This document shows positions 39,272 to 50,960 of a stretch of 64,000 bases of DNA, one piece after another. How positions within the stretch are numbered: the first letter of the stretch is position 1; every line of letters starts with the position of its first letter. Position numbers and translations under genes: made by a program. The notes under the pieces are model-generated. The model had not been told where the DNA came from, searched no databases, and worked only from the letters and a program-made list of their open reading frames with translations. Source of the stretch: Candidatus Marinacidobacterales bacterium (GTDB lineage: Bacteria > Acidobacteriota > Vicinamibacteria > Marinacidobacterales > SMYC01); contig OZ250169.1 of assembly GCA_965237955.1 (NCBI GenBank), forward strand, positions 6,816,001 through 6,880,000, in the 5' to 3' direction.

Positions 39272-39760
39272 TCAGGGGGCAGCGACCTCGACCACAAAAA
39301 CGAGCTCTCTTTCGCCGGATACGGCCGTGATCTCCCAGCAACCCGGCGTTGGAAAGTACAAACGATTCGGTTCAAATCCCTTGTTGAGATACGAAGCATT
39401 GGGCTCGACTCTGAAGGGCGGTGCGTCCCCATCGAGCCGACGGCCCGTGATCTCGAGCTCCAGTCCTGGCGGTTTGATCCACATGATCCGATTGCCTTTC
39501 TCACCCGAGACCAGCGGCTGCCATGTTGCCCAAAGGCTGCGGTCGTCGTTCACGTACCACGGCCCGCTTCCGAACGGGGACGCACTCGGATCTTCGGGCG
39601 GAACATCCTTAACGGGATCGGTCGGATGGCATTGAAGCCTAAATTCTGGAACAAAGGGAGGGACTTGCTGTGGAGCGCCCTTCTGAGCAAAAGCCGAACT
39701 GGTTGCAACAACAAATAGGACAGTCACGGTCAACGCCGAGGCAGTTTCTCTACAAGACAT
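39272..39760 (-). CDS. Secreted hypothetical protein
   Basis: Signal peptide (AFA-Q); ITGRRLDG and FPTPGCWEIT; GGAGAGG RBS. Confidence 0.7.
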   Translation of the reverse strand: MSCRETASALTVTVLFVVATSSAFAQKGAPQQVPPFVPEFRLQCHPTDPVKDVPPEDPSASPFGSGPWYVNDDRSLWATWQPLVSGEKGNRIMWIKPPGLELEITGRRLDGDAPPFRVEPNASYLNKGFEPNRLYFPTPGCWEITAVSGERELVFVVEVAAP

Positions 39761-39959
39761 GATGGCCTCTCCTTGGGTTCACATTGTGCCGATATCGTAA
39801 CGCATCTTGCCGTCTTCCTTGATCCCCCCGGTTGATGATGGAGAGTCAATAGTGTTCCAATCGGAGAACGGTTTGTGGCGCGTACCGTCATGGACGTCGT
39901 CGAATAATCCTTTGAACCTCTGGGCAGGCTCGGAAGTATTACTTAATGAGGAGAACTGA

Positions 39960-40328
39960 ATGAGCCTAGTCGGAAACATTCTTTGGCTGATCTTCGGCGG
40001 ACTCATTGCCGGGCTCGGCTACATTATCGGCGGGTTATTGATCTGCATCACCATCATCGGCATCCCGTTCGGCATCCAGACGATGAAGATCGGCGTCGCG
40101 ACCCTGATGCCTTTCGGCAAGGAGATCGTGGAGCTCGAGGACACCAACAGCCCGCTTCGCATCATCTTCAATGTGATTTGGATATTTCTGTTCGGCTGGG
40201 AGATCGCGATCGCCCACGCGGGCTCGGCACTCATCCTCGCTATCACCATCATCGGCATCCCGTTCGCGCTCCAGCATCTGAAGCTCATCCCGCTAGCGCT
40301 CCTCCCCTTCGGCCGCGACCTGCGCTAA
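39960..40328 (+). CDS. yccF: YccF-domain membrane protein
   Basis: Duplicated N.LW.IFGG...ITIIGIPF...L.PFG unit. Confidence 0.9.
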   Translation: MSLVGNILWLIFGGLIAGLGYIIGGLLICITIIGIPFGIQTMKIGVATLMPFGKEIVELEDTNSPLRIIFNVIWIFLFGWEIAIAHAGSALILAITIIGIPFALQHLKLIPLALLPFGRDLR

Positions 40329-40606
40329 CTCAGACGGAATACGTCTCCCTGAGAGATCACCAAGTTCCCTCGACGGTCCCACGATGCTGCGCGCGTCGCG
40401 CGGACGTTTCTTTCTCGTTGACTGCGAGTGCCCCCGTATACACCGTTGAGCTGCTCCAAGAGCTTTTTGCCTTCGTGCTTCTGGAGAAATTGTTCGAGAG
40501 CCATCGCAAAAACTTTGCTCCGCGAGACATCTAACTCGTCGGCCAGAGCTTCAGCTCGCTCGAACAGGGACTTGTCGATGGAGAGGGTTGTCGTGACGGT
40601 TGCCAT
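40325..40606 (-). pseudogene. RHH antitoxin (frameshifted near its 3' end) followed by an 11-codon stub of a MazF/PemK toxin
   Basis: TTLSIDKSLFERAE.LA..L.VSRS..F; VEGTW* in a shifted frame overlaps GTG-ISQGDVF, which then stops. Confidence 0.65.
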
Positions 40607-40637
40607 GGACCGCACGTTTAGTATGGCAACTATTTAC

Positions 40638-42356
40638 GGTTCTCCTGTCGTTTCGGGGGATCTGATTTGTGTTGGAGGGCATGGCCTATGGACGCTGCCG
40701 CGATTGTGGAAAACGCCGGAAACTCCGGGCGAGAGAGGCGTTTAGGGAAAGGTTGTGAGCACGTACAAACGTGGAGCGGCGTTTTCCACAATCGCTTGGA
40801 AAACGCTTCGCGTTTCCCACGAGCGCCCACAGGCCCCTCCTGATATATATACAAGAAAAATTAATTCATATGGGATAAGGAAGGGGGGGCTCGATTAGTG
40901 GAGGCTATGGAAAACGCCCTTCCAGGCTTCGAAGAGAACTCAGTCGTGAGCAAGGTCTGAACGACCAGAACCGTGGGGGCGTTTCCCACAGCCTCGTCTC
41001 CCGCTGAGGGGCAGTGGCATTTGGTGAGGCCCGTGGGTTGAGAGGGTAAGCCATGTGTAGATGCGCATCGGCGAGAACGCTAGAATCTTTTTTTCCGAAA
41101 GAGAAAAGAGCGTTCCCGCGATGCGCGTTACTACGTTAGTCAACAAGCTCATCGGATTGCAAGGCCTGTGGGTCCGAGGTTTCCACTTCCAGGCGGACAA
41201 AGCCAGAGTGGTGGTGGATGTAGTACCACGGAGGAGGAAGCCTCTGTGCGGGATTTGCGGACGAAAGGTCCGCAAGAACAAAGATCGCTACAATCGCTAC
41301 TGGCGGCACTTGGACCTGTTCGGAGTCCGGACCTATCTTCGCTACTCGATCCGACGAGTGGTATGTCGGCGGTGTGGAGTGGTCAGAGAAAAGGTGCCTT
41401 GGGCCGACAAGGGAAGCCGCTTTACCAAAAGCTTCGAACAAGAGGTAGCGTGGCTGGCACAGAGGACGGACGTCAGCGCCGTAGCGAACTATTTCCGAGT
41501 GACGTGGCGTTCGGTGCGACGGATCATCCAGCGAGTGGTTGCCGAGCAGCGGGATGAGCGGCGCGAGCTCGATGGATTGCGGGTGATTGGGATGGACGAG
41601 ATCAGCTACCGCAAACGCCACAAGTACTTAACAGTGGTAATAGACCATCTCAGCGGCCGGGTCGTCTGAGCGGGAAAGGAGCGCAAGGCCAAGACGCTGC
41701 TGCGGTTTTTCCGCAAGCTCGGACCACAAAGAGCCGCGGAGCTCGAAGCGGTCAGCATGGACATGTGGGAGCCGTACAGAACTGTCGTCGGCAAAAAGGC
41801 TCCTCAGGCACGGGTGATCTTTGACCGCTTCCACATCGTCAAGCATCTGAACGAGGCCGTGGATAAGACCCGGCGCGAGCTGGTGCGCGAGCTCAAAGGG
41901 ACTGCCCGGCGCAACCTCAAGAACACCAAGTTTCCCCTTCTCAAGGCCAAACACAACCGCAGCGCGAAAGACAAACGGGTGCTCCGCGAGCAGGTGCGAG
42001 CTAATCGTCGCCTCTACCGCGCCATGCTTCTGCGCGACGACTTCATGGACCTCTACACCTACAAAACCGAGACATGGGCCAAGAAGTTTCTCCGAGGATG
42101 GCTGCGGCGCGCTATGAGCTCGAGGATAGAGCCCGTCAAACGCGCGGCGAAGATGATCCGCAGCCACTTCGATGGCGTCATCGCGTGGGTCACGTGGAGA
42201 CTCAGCAACGGCCGACTCGAAGGAATGAACAACAAAATCAGGCTGCTGAGCCACCGCAGCTTTGGACTCCACTCTGCCGAAGCTCTCATCAGTCTCGTCT
42301 ACCTAAACTGTGGCGGTCTCACCCTCGAGAGGATCCACTGAAATGGCAGGAGAGGC
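40638..42356 (+). mobile_element. ISL3-family insertion sequence, copy 2 (1719 bp)
   Basis: Same IRs as copy 1; perfect 8-bp duplication CTATTTAC (40630-40637, 42357-42364). Confidence 0.95.
41121..42341 (+). pseudogene. ISL3 transposase with a nonsense mutation
   Basis: TGG->TGA at 41667-41669 relative to copy 1. Confidence 0.88.
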
Positions 42357-42532
42357 CTATTTACACCAGATGAACTATTCCTGGCCACCCTCGAATACCA
42401 TCACGAGTTGCTACCGGTTCCACCACGGCAAAATCTCATCTGGACGAGATTTCTGTATGAAAACAAGAAGCTGACTTCCGCTACATCGCCTCGGAGATTC
42501 GGGAGCGCGAAGCTCCGTCCAGCGAGCTAATT

Positions 42533-42561
42533 TTGCCATAAAACCATATTGCTGGTATTAT
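42533..42561 (+). promoter_or_regulatory. Sigma70-type promoter, probably leaderless
   Basis: TTGCCA-N17-TATTAT-N6-ATG, no SD; ACCA-N6-TGGT palindrome in the spacer. Confidence 0.6.
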
Positions 42562-42567
42562 AGCTAC

Positions 42568-42843
42568 ATGAAGACGACGCTGGAGCTACCCGATGACTTG
42601 ATGCGGACGATCAAGATCCGCGCTGTCGAGGAAAACCGCAAGCTCAAGGACACGATCGCCGATCTGCTTAGGCGCGGGCTCTCCCAGGAGCCCGTCGAGC
42701 CGACATCGATGCGCAATCGGGTCAGGCTCCCACTGGTCCAGTGCGCTCACGAAGCCCATCCCGGTGAGGAGATGACCCCGGAGCGCGTGGCGGAGGTCCT
42801 ACTCAAGGAGGAGGCCGAGGTGGGACGTGGTCCTGTGCGATAG
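42568..42843 (+). CDS. vapB: VapB-type antitoxin
   Basis: MKTTLELPDDL...IK.RA....LK..I..LLRRGL. Confidence 0.85.
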   Translation: MKTTLELPDDLMRTIKIRAVEENRKLKDTIADLLRRGLSQEPVEPTSMRNRVRLPLVQCAHEAHPGEEMTPERVAEVLLKEEAEVGRGPVR

Positions 42844-43279
42844 CAACGTCTGGCTGGCGCTGGCACTCTCCAAACACGTCCACCATAAAGCTGCGCGCGA
42901 ATGGTTGGAAGCCGTCGAGAAGCTCGTCTCCGTCTGTTTCTGTCGCGCAACACAGCGGACCTTTCTCCGGCTGCTCACCAATACCTCCGTCCTGGCCCCG
43001 TATGGGAACCCGCCCTTGACAAATCGCCAAGCGTGGAAAGTCTACGAAGCCCTTCTGGATGACGACCGGATCATTTTGCGGGCGGAAGAACCGGCTGGAC
43101 TCGAGAGTCGGTGGAAGCAATTCGCCCTGCGAGATACGGCTTCGCCCAAGATCTGGATGGACGCCTACCTAGCCGGCTTCGCGCTCGCAGGGGGATACCG
43201 CATGGTGACGACCAACACTGCTTTCAAGCAGTTCCCAGGGTTGGATCTCGAGCTTCTTGGGAAAGAAGAAACCGGATAG
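42827..43279 (+). CDS. vapC: VapC PIN-domain toxin
   Basis: LCDSNVW, H.HH..A..W, FLRLLTN, WMDAYLAGFA and VT.N..F. Confidence 0.88.
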   Translation: MVLCDSNVWLALALSKHVHHKAAREWLEAVEKLVSVCFCRATQRTFLRLLTNTSVLAPYGNPPLTNRQAWKVYEALLDDDRIILRAEEPAGLESRWKQFALRDTASPKIWMDAYLAGFALAGGYRMVTTNTAFKQFPGLDLELLGKEETG

Positions 43280-43300
43280 ACTGGTCCCGACCGGCAACCG

Positions 43301-44047
43301 ATGGAAGACAAAGAAGTCGAGCTCCGGTTCTACGAGGAGCTCAACGATTTCCTGCCTCGCGAGCGGCGAAAGAAGAGCTTCCGTCATCGGTTTCGCGGAA
43401 CTCCCTCCGTCAAGGACCTCGTCGAGTGTCTGGGAGTGCCGCATACCGAGATCGACGTCATCCTCGTGGACGGGGAGTCGGTGGGATTCGAGCACCGGTT
43501 GACGGGGGGCGAGCGCGTCGCCGTCTATCCGATGTTCGAGAGGTTCGACGTGTCGAGCCTCACTCGGCTTCGGCCCGAGCCGCTTCGCGAGCCGAAGTTC
43601 ATCGCCGACGTGCATCTGGGAAAGCTTGCCCGCTATTTGAGGCTTCTCGGATTCGATACGGTCTACGAGCGCGAGCTGGACGATGCCGCCATCGCATCAC
43701 GCTCCCGCGACGAGCGAAGGATCGTGCTCACGCGGGATCGAGGGCTTCTCAAGCGGAGCGCGGTGACGCACGGCCACGCGGTCCGCTCGATGAATGCGGA
43801 CGTTCAGCTTCTCGAGGTCGTGGAAGCGTTCGACCTGCGGGCGCGCATCGCTCCCTTCTCGCGCTGCCTCAAGTGCAACGGACCGGTTCGAAGCGTCGAG
43901 CGCGAGCTCGTCGAGCACCACCTTCCGAAGTACACGCGCTTGGCGTACGACCGCTTCCTCCGCTGCGATCAGTGCGGGTCGATCTACTGGCCGGGAGCGC
44001 ATTTCGCGCGCTTGCGCTCGCTCGTCGACTCGGTCTCGGCGAAGTAG
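43301..44047 (+). CDS. Ubiquitin-like + Mut7-C RNase domain protein
   Basis: RFYEELNDFL, LGVPHTEI, FIADVHLGKLARYLRLLG, LTRD, RC..CN and C..C..IYW.G.H. Confidence 0.9.
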   Translation: MEDKEVELRFYEELNDFLPRERRKKSFRHRFRGTPSVKDLVECLGVPHTEIDVILVDGESVGFEHRLTGGERVAVYPMFERFDVSSLTRLRPEPLREPKFIADVHLGKLARYLRLLGFDTVYERELDDAAIASRSRDERRIVLTRDRGLLKRSAVTHGHAVRSMNADVQLLEVVEAFDLRARIAPFSRCLKCNGPVRSVERELVEHHLPKYTRLAYDRFLRCDQCGSIYWPGAHFARLRSLVDSVSAK

Positions 44048-44223
44048 AAGTCGCCTGCTTTACTTTCCGCGGGACGGGTGCTTCCGCCATCTACTGTTGT
44101 CGATGGCTTCCAAATCGGCTGTAATTAATTACATCAGAAAGAGTTAGCTGCGTGCTAGCAACACTTAATGACGGAAGCACCCGACAAAGACGTTCACCGC
44201 AGTATCATATAAGATCGATCGCT

Positions 44224-45186
44224 ATGGTCCCTACCCTCGAAGCGGTCCGCGAAGCGCGCGAGCGCACCAAGAGCGTGGCACGCCACACGCCACTCGTCCC
44301 TCTTCACGAGCGCTTTGGTGCCACTGACGTCCACTTGAAGCTCGAGACGCTTCAACCCGTGGGCTCGTTCAAGCTACGCGGCATCTTCAACGCCGTCGCC
44401 ATGTTATCGGATGACGAGCGGGCTCAAGGCGTGAGCACGGTGAGCGCTGGGAACACCGCTCAAGCTCTCGCGTGGTCGGCGCGACACTTCGGCGTGACCG
44501 CGCGGAGCTTGATGCCGGAGATGGCCCCACAGGCCAAAGTCGATGCGGTGCGCGCCTACGGGGGAGAGCCGGTACTCGTGCCGGTCGCAGAAGTGTTCCG
44601 CTATCTCAAAGACAACGGTTGGGAGAGCGAGCCGTACGCATTCATCCACCCGTGGACGAACCCACACGTCATGACGGGGCACGGAAGCCTGGGCCTCGAG
44701 ATTCTCGAAGACCTGGAAGACGTCGACTCCGTCTACATCCCCGTCGGAGGCGGTGGTCTCATGGCCGGAGTGGGCAGTGCCATCAAGGCCGTGCGCCCGG
44801 AAGTGCGGGTAGTTGCGGTCGAGCCCGAAGGATGCCCGGCTTTTCACGAAAGCCTGAAAGCCGGCCGACCTGTCGAAGTGAGCTGTGAAACGATCTGCGA
44901 CGGCGTCGCGGTGCCCTATATGACCGAGGAGATGTTCCCACTCCTCCAGGAAATCGCCGACGGGACCCGCCTCGTCTCGGAGTCCGACGTGAAGGGTATG
45001 GTTCGCCGGCTCGCGCTGGACCAGAAAATCGTCGCCGAAGCTTCGGGGGCTCTGGCGGCGGTGGCCGCGCTCAAGGAAAGCCCCTCTAAGCGGGGCCGCT
45101 CCGTCGCGATCGTCACTGGGGGCAGCATCGACGCCGCCAAATTAGCCGCGATTCTGGCCGACGAAACGCTGCCAAACTTCGTTTGA
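44224..45186 (+). CDS. PLP-dependent threonine/serine dehydratase family
   Basis: LKLETLQPVGSFKLRG, SAGNTA, PVGGGGL and TGG. Confidence 0.9.
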   Translation: MVPTLEAVREARERTKSVARHTPLVPLHERFGATDVHLKLETLQPVGSFKLRGIFNAVAMLSDDERAQGVSTVSAGNTAQALAWSARHFGVTARSLMPEMAPQAKVDAVRAYGGEPVLVPVAEVFRYLKDNGWESEPYAFIHPWTNPHVMTGHGSLGLEILEDLEDVDSVYIPVGGGGLMAGVGSAIKAVRPEVRVVAVEPEGCPAFHESLKAGRPVEVSCETICDGVAVPYMTEEMFPLLQEIADGTRLVSESDVKGMVRRLALDQKIVAEASGALAAVAALKESPSKRGRSVAIVTGGSIDAAKLAAILADETLPNFV

Positions 45187-45235
45187 ACCTTCGGGTCCTA
45201 CCTTCCGTCTGAGAAGTCAGAACTAGGAGGATTTC

Positions 45236-45970
45236 ATGAAGCTACCGACATTGCTTTCCATGGCGCTCGCCGCCGCCTTTACTACGCTGTCCACGGACGC
45301 TTCCGCCAAGGTCCGCGAGGATTTCGAGCGGGTCATCCCTTTTTCCGCGGGCGGCAGCTTCGAGATCCAAAACAGCAACGGGAGCATCCACGTCAAGACG
45401 TGGGACGAAGACACCGTCCGCATCGAGGCGGAAAAAGAAGCCAAGTCCCAGGACCATCTGGACGATATCGAGATCGTCATCGATGGGTCGAGCGACTCGG
45501 TGAGCGTCGAGACCGTGCACCACCGGCGCAGCAACCGCGGGAAGGTCAGCTACGTCATTTCGATACCGGCCGAGGCCGACGTGAGCGTCACCACCGCGAA
45601 CGGATCCGTCACCATCAAAGGCACCCACGGTCATGTCACCGCGCGCTCGACGAACGGAAGCCTCAAAGTGGAAGGCATCATCGGTGACATCGACGCCAGG
45701 ACCACCAACGGCAGCATCCGCGCGCGATACGAGCGTGCGACCGACGGTAGCCACACGTTCAAAACGACGAACGGCTCGGTGCGCGTTTATCTCCCCTCCG
45801 ACGCCGGCGGCGACTTCGAGGCCAACACCGTCAACGGCAGCATCAAAGTCCATTTCCCCACGAATCTAACGCGCACCAGCCGCCGGCACATGCGGGGTAG
45901 CTTTGGGAACGGTGGTGGCTCGTTCGAGATTGAAACTGTGAATGGATCGGTGAAGATATTGCCGAATTAG
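45236..45970 (+). CDS. DUF4097-type beta-strand repeat secreted protein
   Basis: Signal peptide; repeated T.NGS(I/V/L) units; AGGAGG RBS. Confidence 0.85.
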   Translation: MKLPTLLSMALAAAFTTLSTDASAKVREDFERVIPFSAGGSFEIQNSNGSIHVKTWDEDTVRIEAEKEAKSQDHLDDIEIVIDGSSDSVSVETVHHRRSNRGKVSYVISIPAEADVSVTTANGSVTIKGTHGHVTARSTNGSLKVEGIIGDIDARTTNGSIRARYERATDGSHTFKTTNGSVRVYLPSDAGGDFEANTVNGSIKVHFPTNLTRTSRRHMRGSFGNGGGSFEIETVNGSVKILPN

Positions 45971-46021
45971 CTGGAGAAGTTGGCCACAGAGTTACAGCGC
46001 AGCGGAGCCGCAACCAAGAAT

Positions 46022-46090
46022 CCCCCCTCACCCGATGGCGCTAGCGCGTCATCTCCGTGAAACTCTCTCCCCCCGTTGGGGGGAGAGGTT
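46022..46090. repeat. REP-like palindromic element
   Basis: CCCTCACCCG-hairpin-CTCTCCCCCC GTT GGGGGGAGAGGTT, between convergent genes. Confidence 0.7.
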
Positions 46091-46105
46091 AGTTCTCCAA
46101 AGAAG

Positions 46106-49100
46106 CTACGGGCTCGTGGCGGCGGTGTATTCGAAAATCTGCGACCTCCAGGCACCGCTCAGCAGGTAGCGGAGGCGGACGTAGATCGTGCTGCCGTCGG
46201 TCGGAAGTCCCGTCACCGTCCTCGACACCACGCCGCTCAGAAGCGACCCGCTGTAGTAGAGGTTACTCAACCCCGGTGACGTTTCCACGTCGAGAATCCA
46301 CCTTGTCACCGGAGCACCGTTCGACGTCCACTCGAAGGTGACATCGGCGCCCGGCAGAACCGTCCCCGGCGTCGGTACGACGAGCTCTGGCACGAGATCG
46401 GCGGCAGTGAACTGGTAGTCGGTGTACTGCCACGAACCGCTGAGCAAGTAACGAAGGCGCACGTGAATCGTCCGGCTATCCGTCGGCAGCCCGGTCACGC
46501 TGCGGCTCGTAACCGTTTTCGCGAGCGTACCGCTGTAATGGAGGTTGCTCGATCCGGGAGACGTCCCGACGTAGAGGATCCAATACATCACCGCGCTTCC
46601 GTTGGACGTCCACGAAAAATCAACGTCCGAGCCCGTGAATACCGACCCCGGTGTGGGAGTCAGCAACTCCGGCGTAATATCGGCCGCGGTGTATTGATAG
46701 TCGACCGACTGCCACCGTCCGTCCAGAAGGTATCGCAGCCGGACATGGATGGTGCGGCTGTCGGTGGGAAGTCCGGTCACACTCGCCGAGGTCACACCCG
46801 GCGCAAGGTAACCGCTGTAGTACAGGTTGCTCGATCCCGGGCTCGTCCCGACATAGAACAGCCACCACACCACAGGCGCGTCGTTGGCCGTCCACGAGAA
46901 CGTGACGTCCGGACCCGTCAGCACCGAGTCGGGCGTTGGAGCCAGAATCTCGGGCAAACCAATGCCGGAGACGTAGACGAAGTCTTTGAAGTCCGATGCG
47001 CCGCCGATGACGTACTCGAGCCGAACGTGTACATCGACGCCGTCCGTCGGAAGACCGGACACGGTGCGCGAAAGCGTCGTCGCTGCGAGAGGACCGCTAT
47101 CGTCGAAGTCGCTCGCGCCGACCGTACTACCGACGAGAAGCCTCCATCCGGTGACGGCGGCACCGTTCGATGCCCACACGAACGTGGTCTCGGGACCGGA
47201 CAACACGGAGCCCGGCACCGGACTCGTCATGTCGGGCTCTTGCAGGACCGCGGTGTACAGAAAATCGGCGTAAGCCGTCACGCCGCTGAGCTCGTACGAC
47301 AACCGGACAAAGAGCTGGCTTCCATCCGTCGGGAGCCCGCTCACTTCGTGGGAGCGTGCGGTCGCGGGGAGAGGACCGCTATCGTAGGCATCACTCGAGC
47401 CAACGCTCGCACCCACTTCGAGACGCCACGCGGTCGCCGCGTTGCCGTTGTCGTTCCAGCTGAAGGTCTCGGTCGTCCCCGTGAGCTGAGAGCCGGGCGT
47501 CGGCGACGTCATCACCGGCGGCGGCGCCACCGACGTGAAAACGTAGTCGAGCGTGGACCACGCCCCGCTCGACAAATGACGCAAGCGGACGTAGAGGGTC
47601 GAGCTGTCGCGTGGAAGGCCACTCACGTACACGGAGCTCACACCGGACGCAAGCGTCCCGCTGTAATAAAGGTTGCTGAGGCCGAGTTGCGTTCCGATCC
47701 CGAGCGTCCAGTTCGTAACCAGCGAGCCGTTCGACGTCCACGTGAACGTCACGTCTTCACTCGGAAGCACGCTTCCCGGCACGGGAGTCACGAGCGCGGG
47801 CACTAGATCGGCGGCGGTGTACTCGTAGTACAACGACGTCCACACACCACTGAGGAGGTAGCGCAGTCGCACGTGGATGGGGCGGCTGTCGGTCGGGATT
47901 CCCGTCGCCGTCGCCGCGAGTACGCTGCTCGCGAGGGAACCGCTATAGAAGTAGTTGGAGAGCCCCGGGCTCGAGCCGACCTCGAGGATCCACGTTATTA
48001 CTGGCGAGCCGTTCGACGTCCACGTGAACGTCGCGGACGAGCCGGGTAGCACTGAGCCCGGGGTGGGGGTCGAAAGCTCGGGGGCAAGGTCGGCCGCGGT
48101 ATAGACGTAGTCGATAGATTCCCACACGGCGTTGAACGCGTATCTCACGCGCACGTACAAGCCCCGACCGTCGGTCGGTAAACCATTGACATCCACCGAG
48201 GTAGCACCTTCCCCGAGAGACCCGCTGTTGAACAGGTCGGCCGCACCAAAGCTCGAGCCGGCGTAGAGCGTCCAGTCGTCGATGAGGCCTCCGTGCGAGT
48301 CCCAAGTAAAGGTGACGTTCGAGCCTGACAACGTCCCGCCGGGGATCGCCGTCAGGAGTTCGGGCACGATGTCGACCGCGGTGTAGGTGTAGTCCACGAA
48401 CTTCCACTCGCCGTCGAACAGATATTGAAGGCGCACGTAGATCGCGCGTCCGTCCGTCGGGATTCCGATCGCGTCGGCGGTCAAGACATCGCTCGCGAGC
48501 GTGCCGCTCGAGTAGTAGTTAGTGCTTCCGGGCGTGGAGCCGATGTCCAGAATCCAGTTGTCGACGGGCAAGCCCATCGCATCCCACAAGAACGTCACCG
48601 CCGTACCGGGAAGCGTCGTGCCCGGCACCGGTGATGTGACCTCGGGCGTGGCGAGATCCGCGGTATAGAGCGCGTCGCGAAAGCCCCACTCGGTGCCGAT
48701 GAGATAGTTGAGCCGCACGAACACCTGGCTTCCGTCTACGGGGAGCACGGTGACCGTATCCATCAGCGTGGCGCCTGCCAGCGCGTCGCTCGTATAGATG
48801 TCAGCGGCGCCTCGGCTGGTGCCGATGTCGAGGACCCATTCATCGACGGCCTCTCCGTCCGCGGTCCAGTCGAACGTCACCGTGCTTCCGCTCAGAACAC
48901 TCCCCGATGGCGGGCTTTCGATACGCGGACCGGCGAGGCACGACGCCTGGATCTGGAATCCGTTGACGGGGAACGTGCTCGACGGGCCGCCGCTTGCGGC
49001 GTCTTCGCCGAGGCCAAAGTTCGCAAAGGCTTCCCACAGGAAACATACGTCTTCGCCGCCGTAGTTATCGATCGCAGCTTGGATGATGCCGTCGCGCACG

Positions 49101-50960
49101 TCGGTGAACGTCGGCGAGCACGCGGTGTTCTTGAGACCTTCGTTCACGTAGAGCATCATGCGCTGGTTGCCGGCGCCGCCCATCGGATCGTAGAGGTTCG
49201 CGTCGAATCCATGAAGGCTCACGAGCATCCAATACGCTTCCCACGCGGCTTGACCCCAGACTTCTCCGACGCCGTGCGGAACCGCCATCCCGGCGATGCT
49301 CTCGTACGTGTGCGTGTTCACCGCGGGATCGGTGCTGTATGCCTGGGTGCGGATGCCGAAGGGTCCAGGAGGCGCGCCGAGAACGTAGGTGCCGATTCCG
49401 CGCGCGTCCGGTCCCGTGTCCCCTGGCCGTGCGGTGTAGACGAGCGACCACCAATCGCTCAGCCCTTCGCCGGGTTGTTGCGCGTTAGAAAGACAGCCGA
49501 CCGTCGACGGTCCACCTATTAGTCGCGTCGAGATGCCGTGCCCGTACTCGTGCACGACGATCCCGGCATCGAGATCGCCGTCTCTGAGCGGGAACGTGAA
49601 ATCCCAAAGGAACATCTGGATTTTGGGCGGCGCACCGTCGGGGGTGGTGGTGAAGTTCGCGTTGTCGATACCGCTTCCGTCCTGAGCCTCCGCGCGCACA
49701 CCGTCGCCACCGAGACCACCGAGTCCAAAGTTATCGAACTGGAAGTTGCCGGCGGCTTCGTCGAAGCCGTAGAGGTACTGAACGTCGTGAACGATATTGG
49801 TCCAATAAAAGAGGTTCGCCACCGCTGCCGATGTGTAGTTGGTCGGATCGGTCGTCAAGTCGAGAGGGAACGAGCACTCCAAGTCCGGACCACAGTCGGG
49901 CTCGGTCGCCGGGGGAGCGTCGTCCGCGTTGAGATCGTCGTACGCGTGGACGTTGTTGCCGCGCATGATCTGATAGGACTGGCTGCCATCGTTGTGCCAG
50001 CCCAAAGGAGAGGCGGTAGCGTTGTCCGGGTTGACGACGACGCTTCTGCCGTCGTCAGGGTCCGGTATCGCCGCGTGGCTCGGGCTCTCCACCGGGACCG
50101 GATAAACTTCGTAGAGTCCGGGCGAGACGCGATCGAAGCGAGTCATGACGCGGTTCCGGCTGCGCCGGCCGATCCCTTCCTCGGCATCGACGGTCACGTC
50201 ATAAACGTGTTGTCCGTCCGGCGTGTGGAGCTGGAATCGCCAAGCCAGCGTGACGTCGCGACCGACCGGCACCCAAACGAGCTCGGGCTCGATCGGCTCC
50301 GTCGAAAGATCGGCGGCGCGAAGAAGCTCTCCTTGCCGCAACGCTCTTCGGGCTCGTATGCCAAGGTGATTCGCGACGGCCATGCACGCATCCTCCGCTT
50401 GGATGCCGGCCACTTTGCTTTTCAGCTTCCCCTTCAACCCGGGCACAAAGCTGTTGTTGACGCTGAGAATGGAGCCATCGCTGCTGACGTTGACGTGAAG
50501 CTGGGCGTTGAAAACTTCCACGCCCTTGTGCTGCTGACAGAGGTAAACGTGGGTTGCTCCCGAAACTCCGGAGTACACGACGTCGCAGACTCGGATCTCG
50601 TCGACGTCGCCTTCCTCGAGCCCCAAAAGCGCCAGGTTGTCGTTGATGAAGCTCACGGCGATATCAAGCGGATCGCCCGCGTTCGGAAGGGTGAGCTTGC
50701 CTACCGGATTGAACAAACTATGGGTAACCCCTGACGATGAATCGACGGATTCGAGGAGCGATCCATCCAAGTCTTCGCGAAGCGCAGCGAGAGCTTCGAT
50801 CTGAACCTGGTTCGGGGCCGCGCGCAGATTCATGGAAGCGCGCCGGTCGTAGTCAGCCCTCTGCGCCCTTCGCTGTCCCTGGGCCAAAGAAAGTGGCTCC
50901 AAGGGCCAGGGAGGCGACCATCAAAGCCAGCGAGACACACTTCCGAAGCCACGTCGTCAT
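46106..50960 (-). CDS. M36 (fungalysin) metallopeptidase with 10 tandem ~94-aa Ig/FN3-like repeats; 1-nt frameshift just after the signal peptide
   Basis: Propeptide, ASPLGWH, GNNVHAY, YGFDEAAGNFQ, HEYGH, GEGLSD and HGVGEVW; signal peptide MTTWLRK... from ATG 50960 is off by one base at about 50891. Confidence 0.88.

Noticed and set aside
41667-41669. In-frame TGA as selenocysteine or recoding
   Set aside because: The sister copy has TGG (Trp) and TGA is used as a normal stop throughout; a simple nonsense change.
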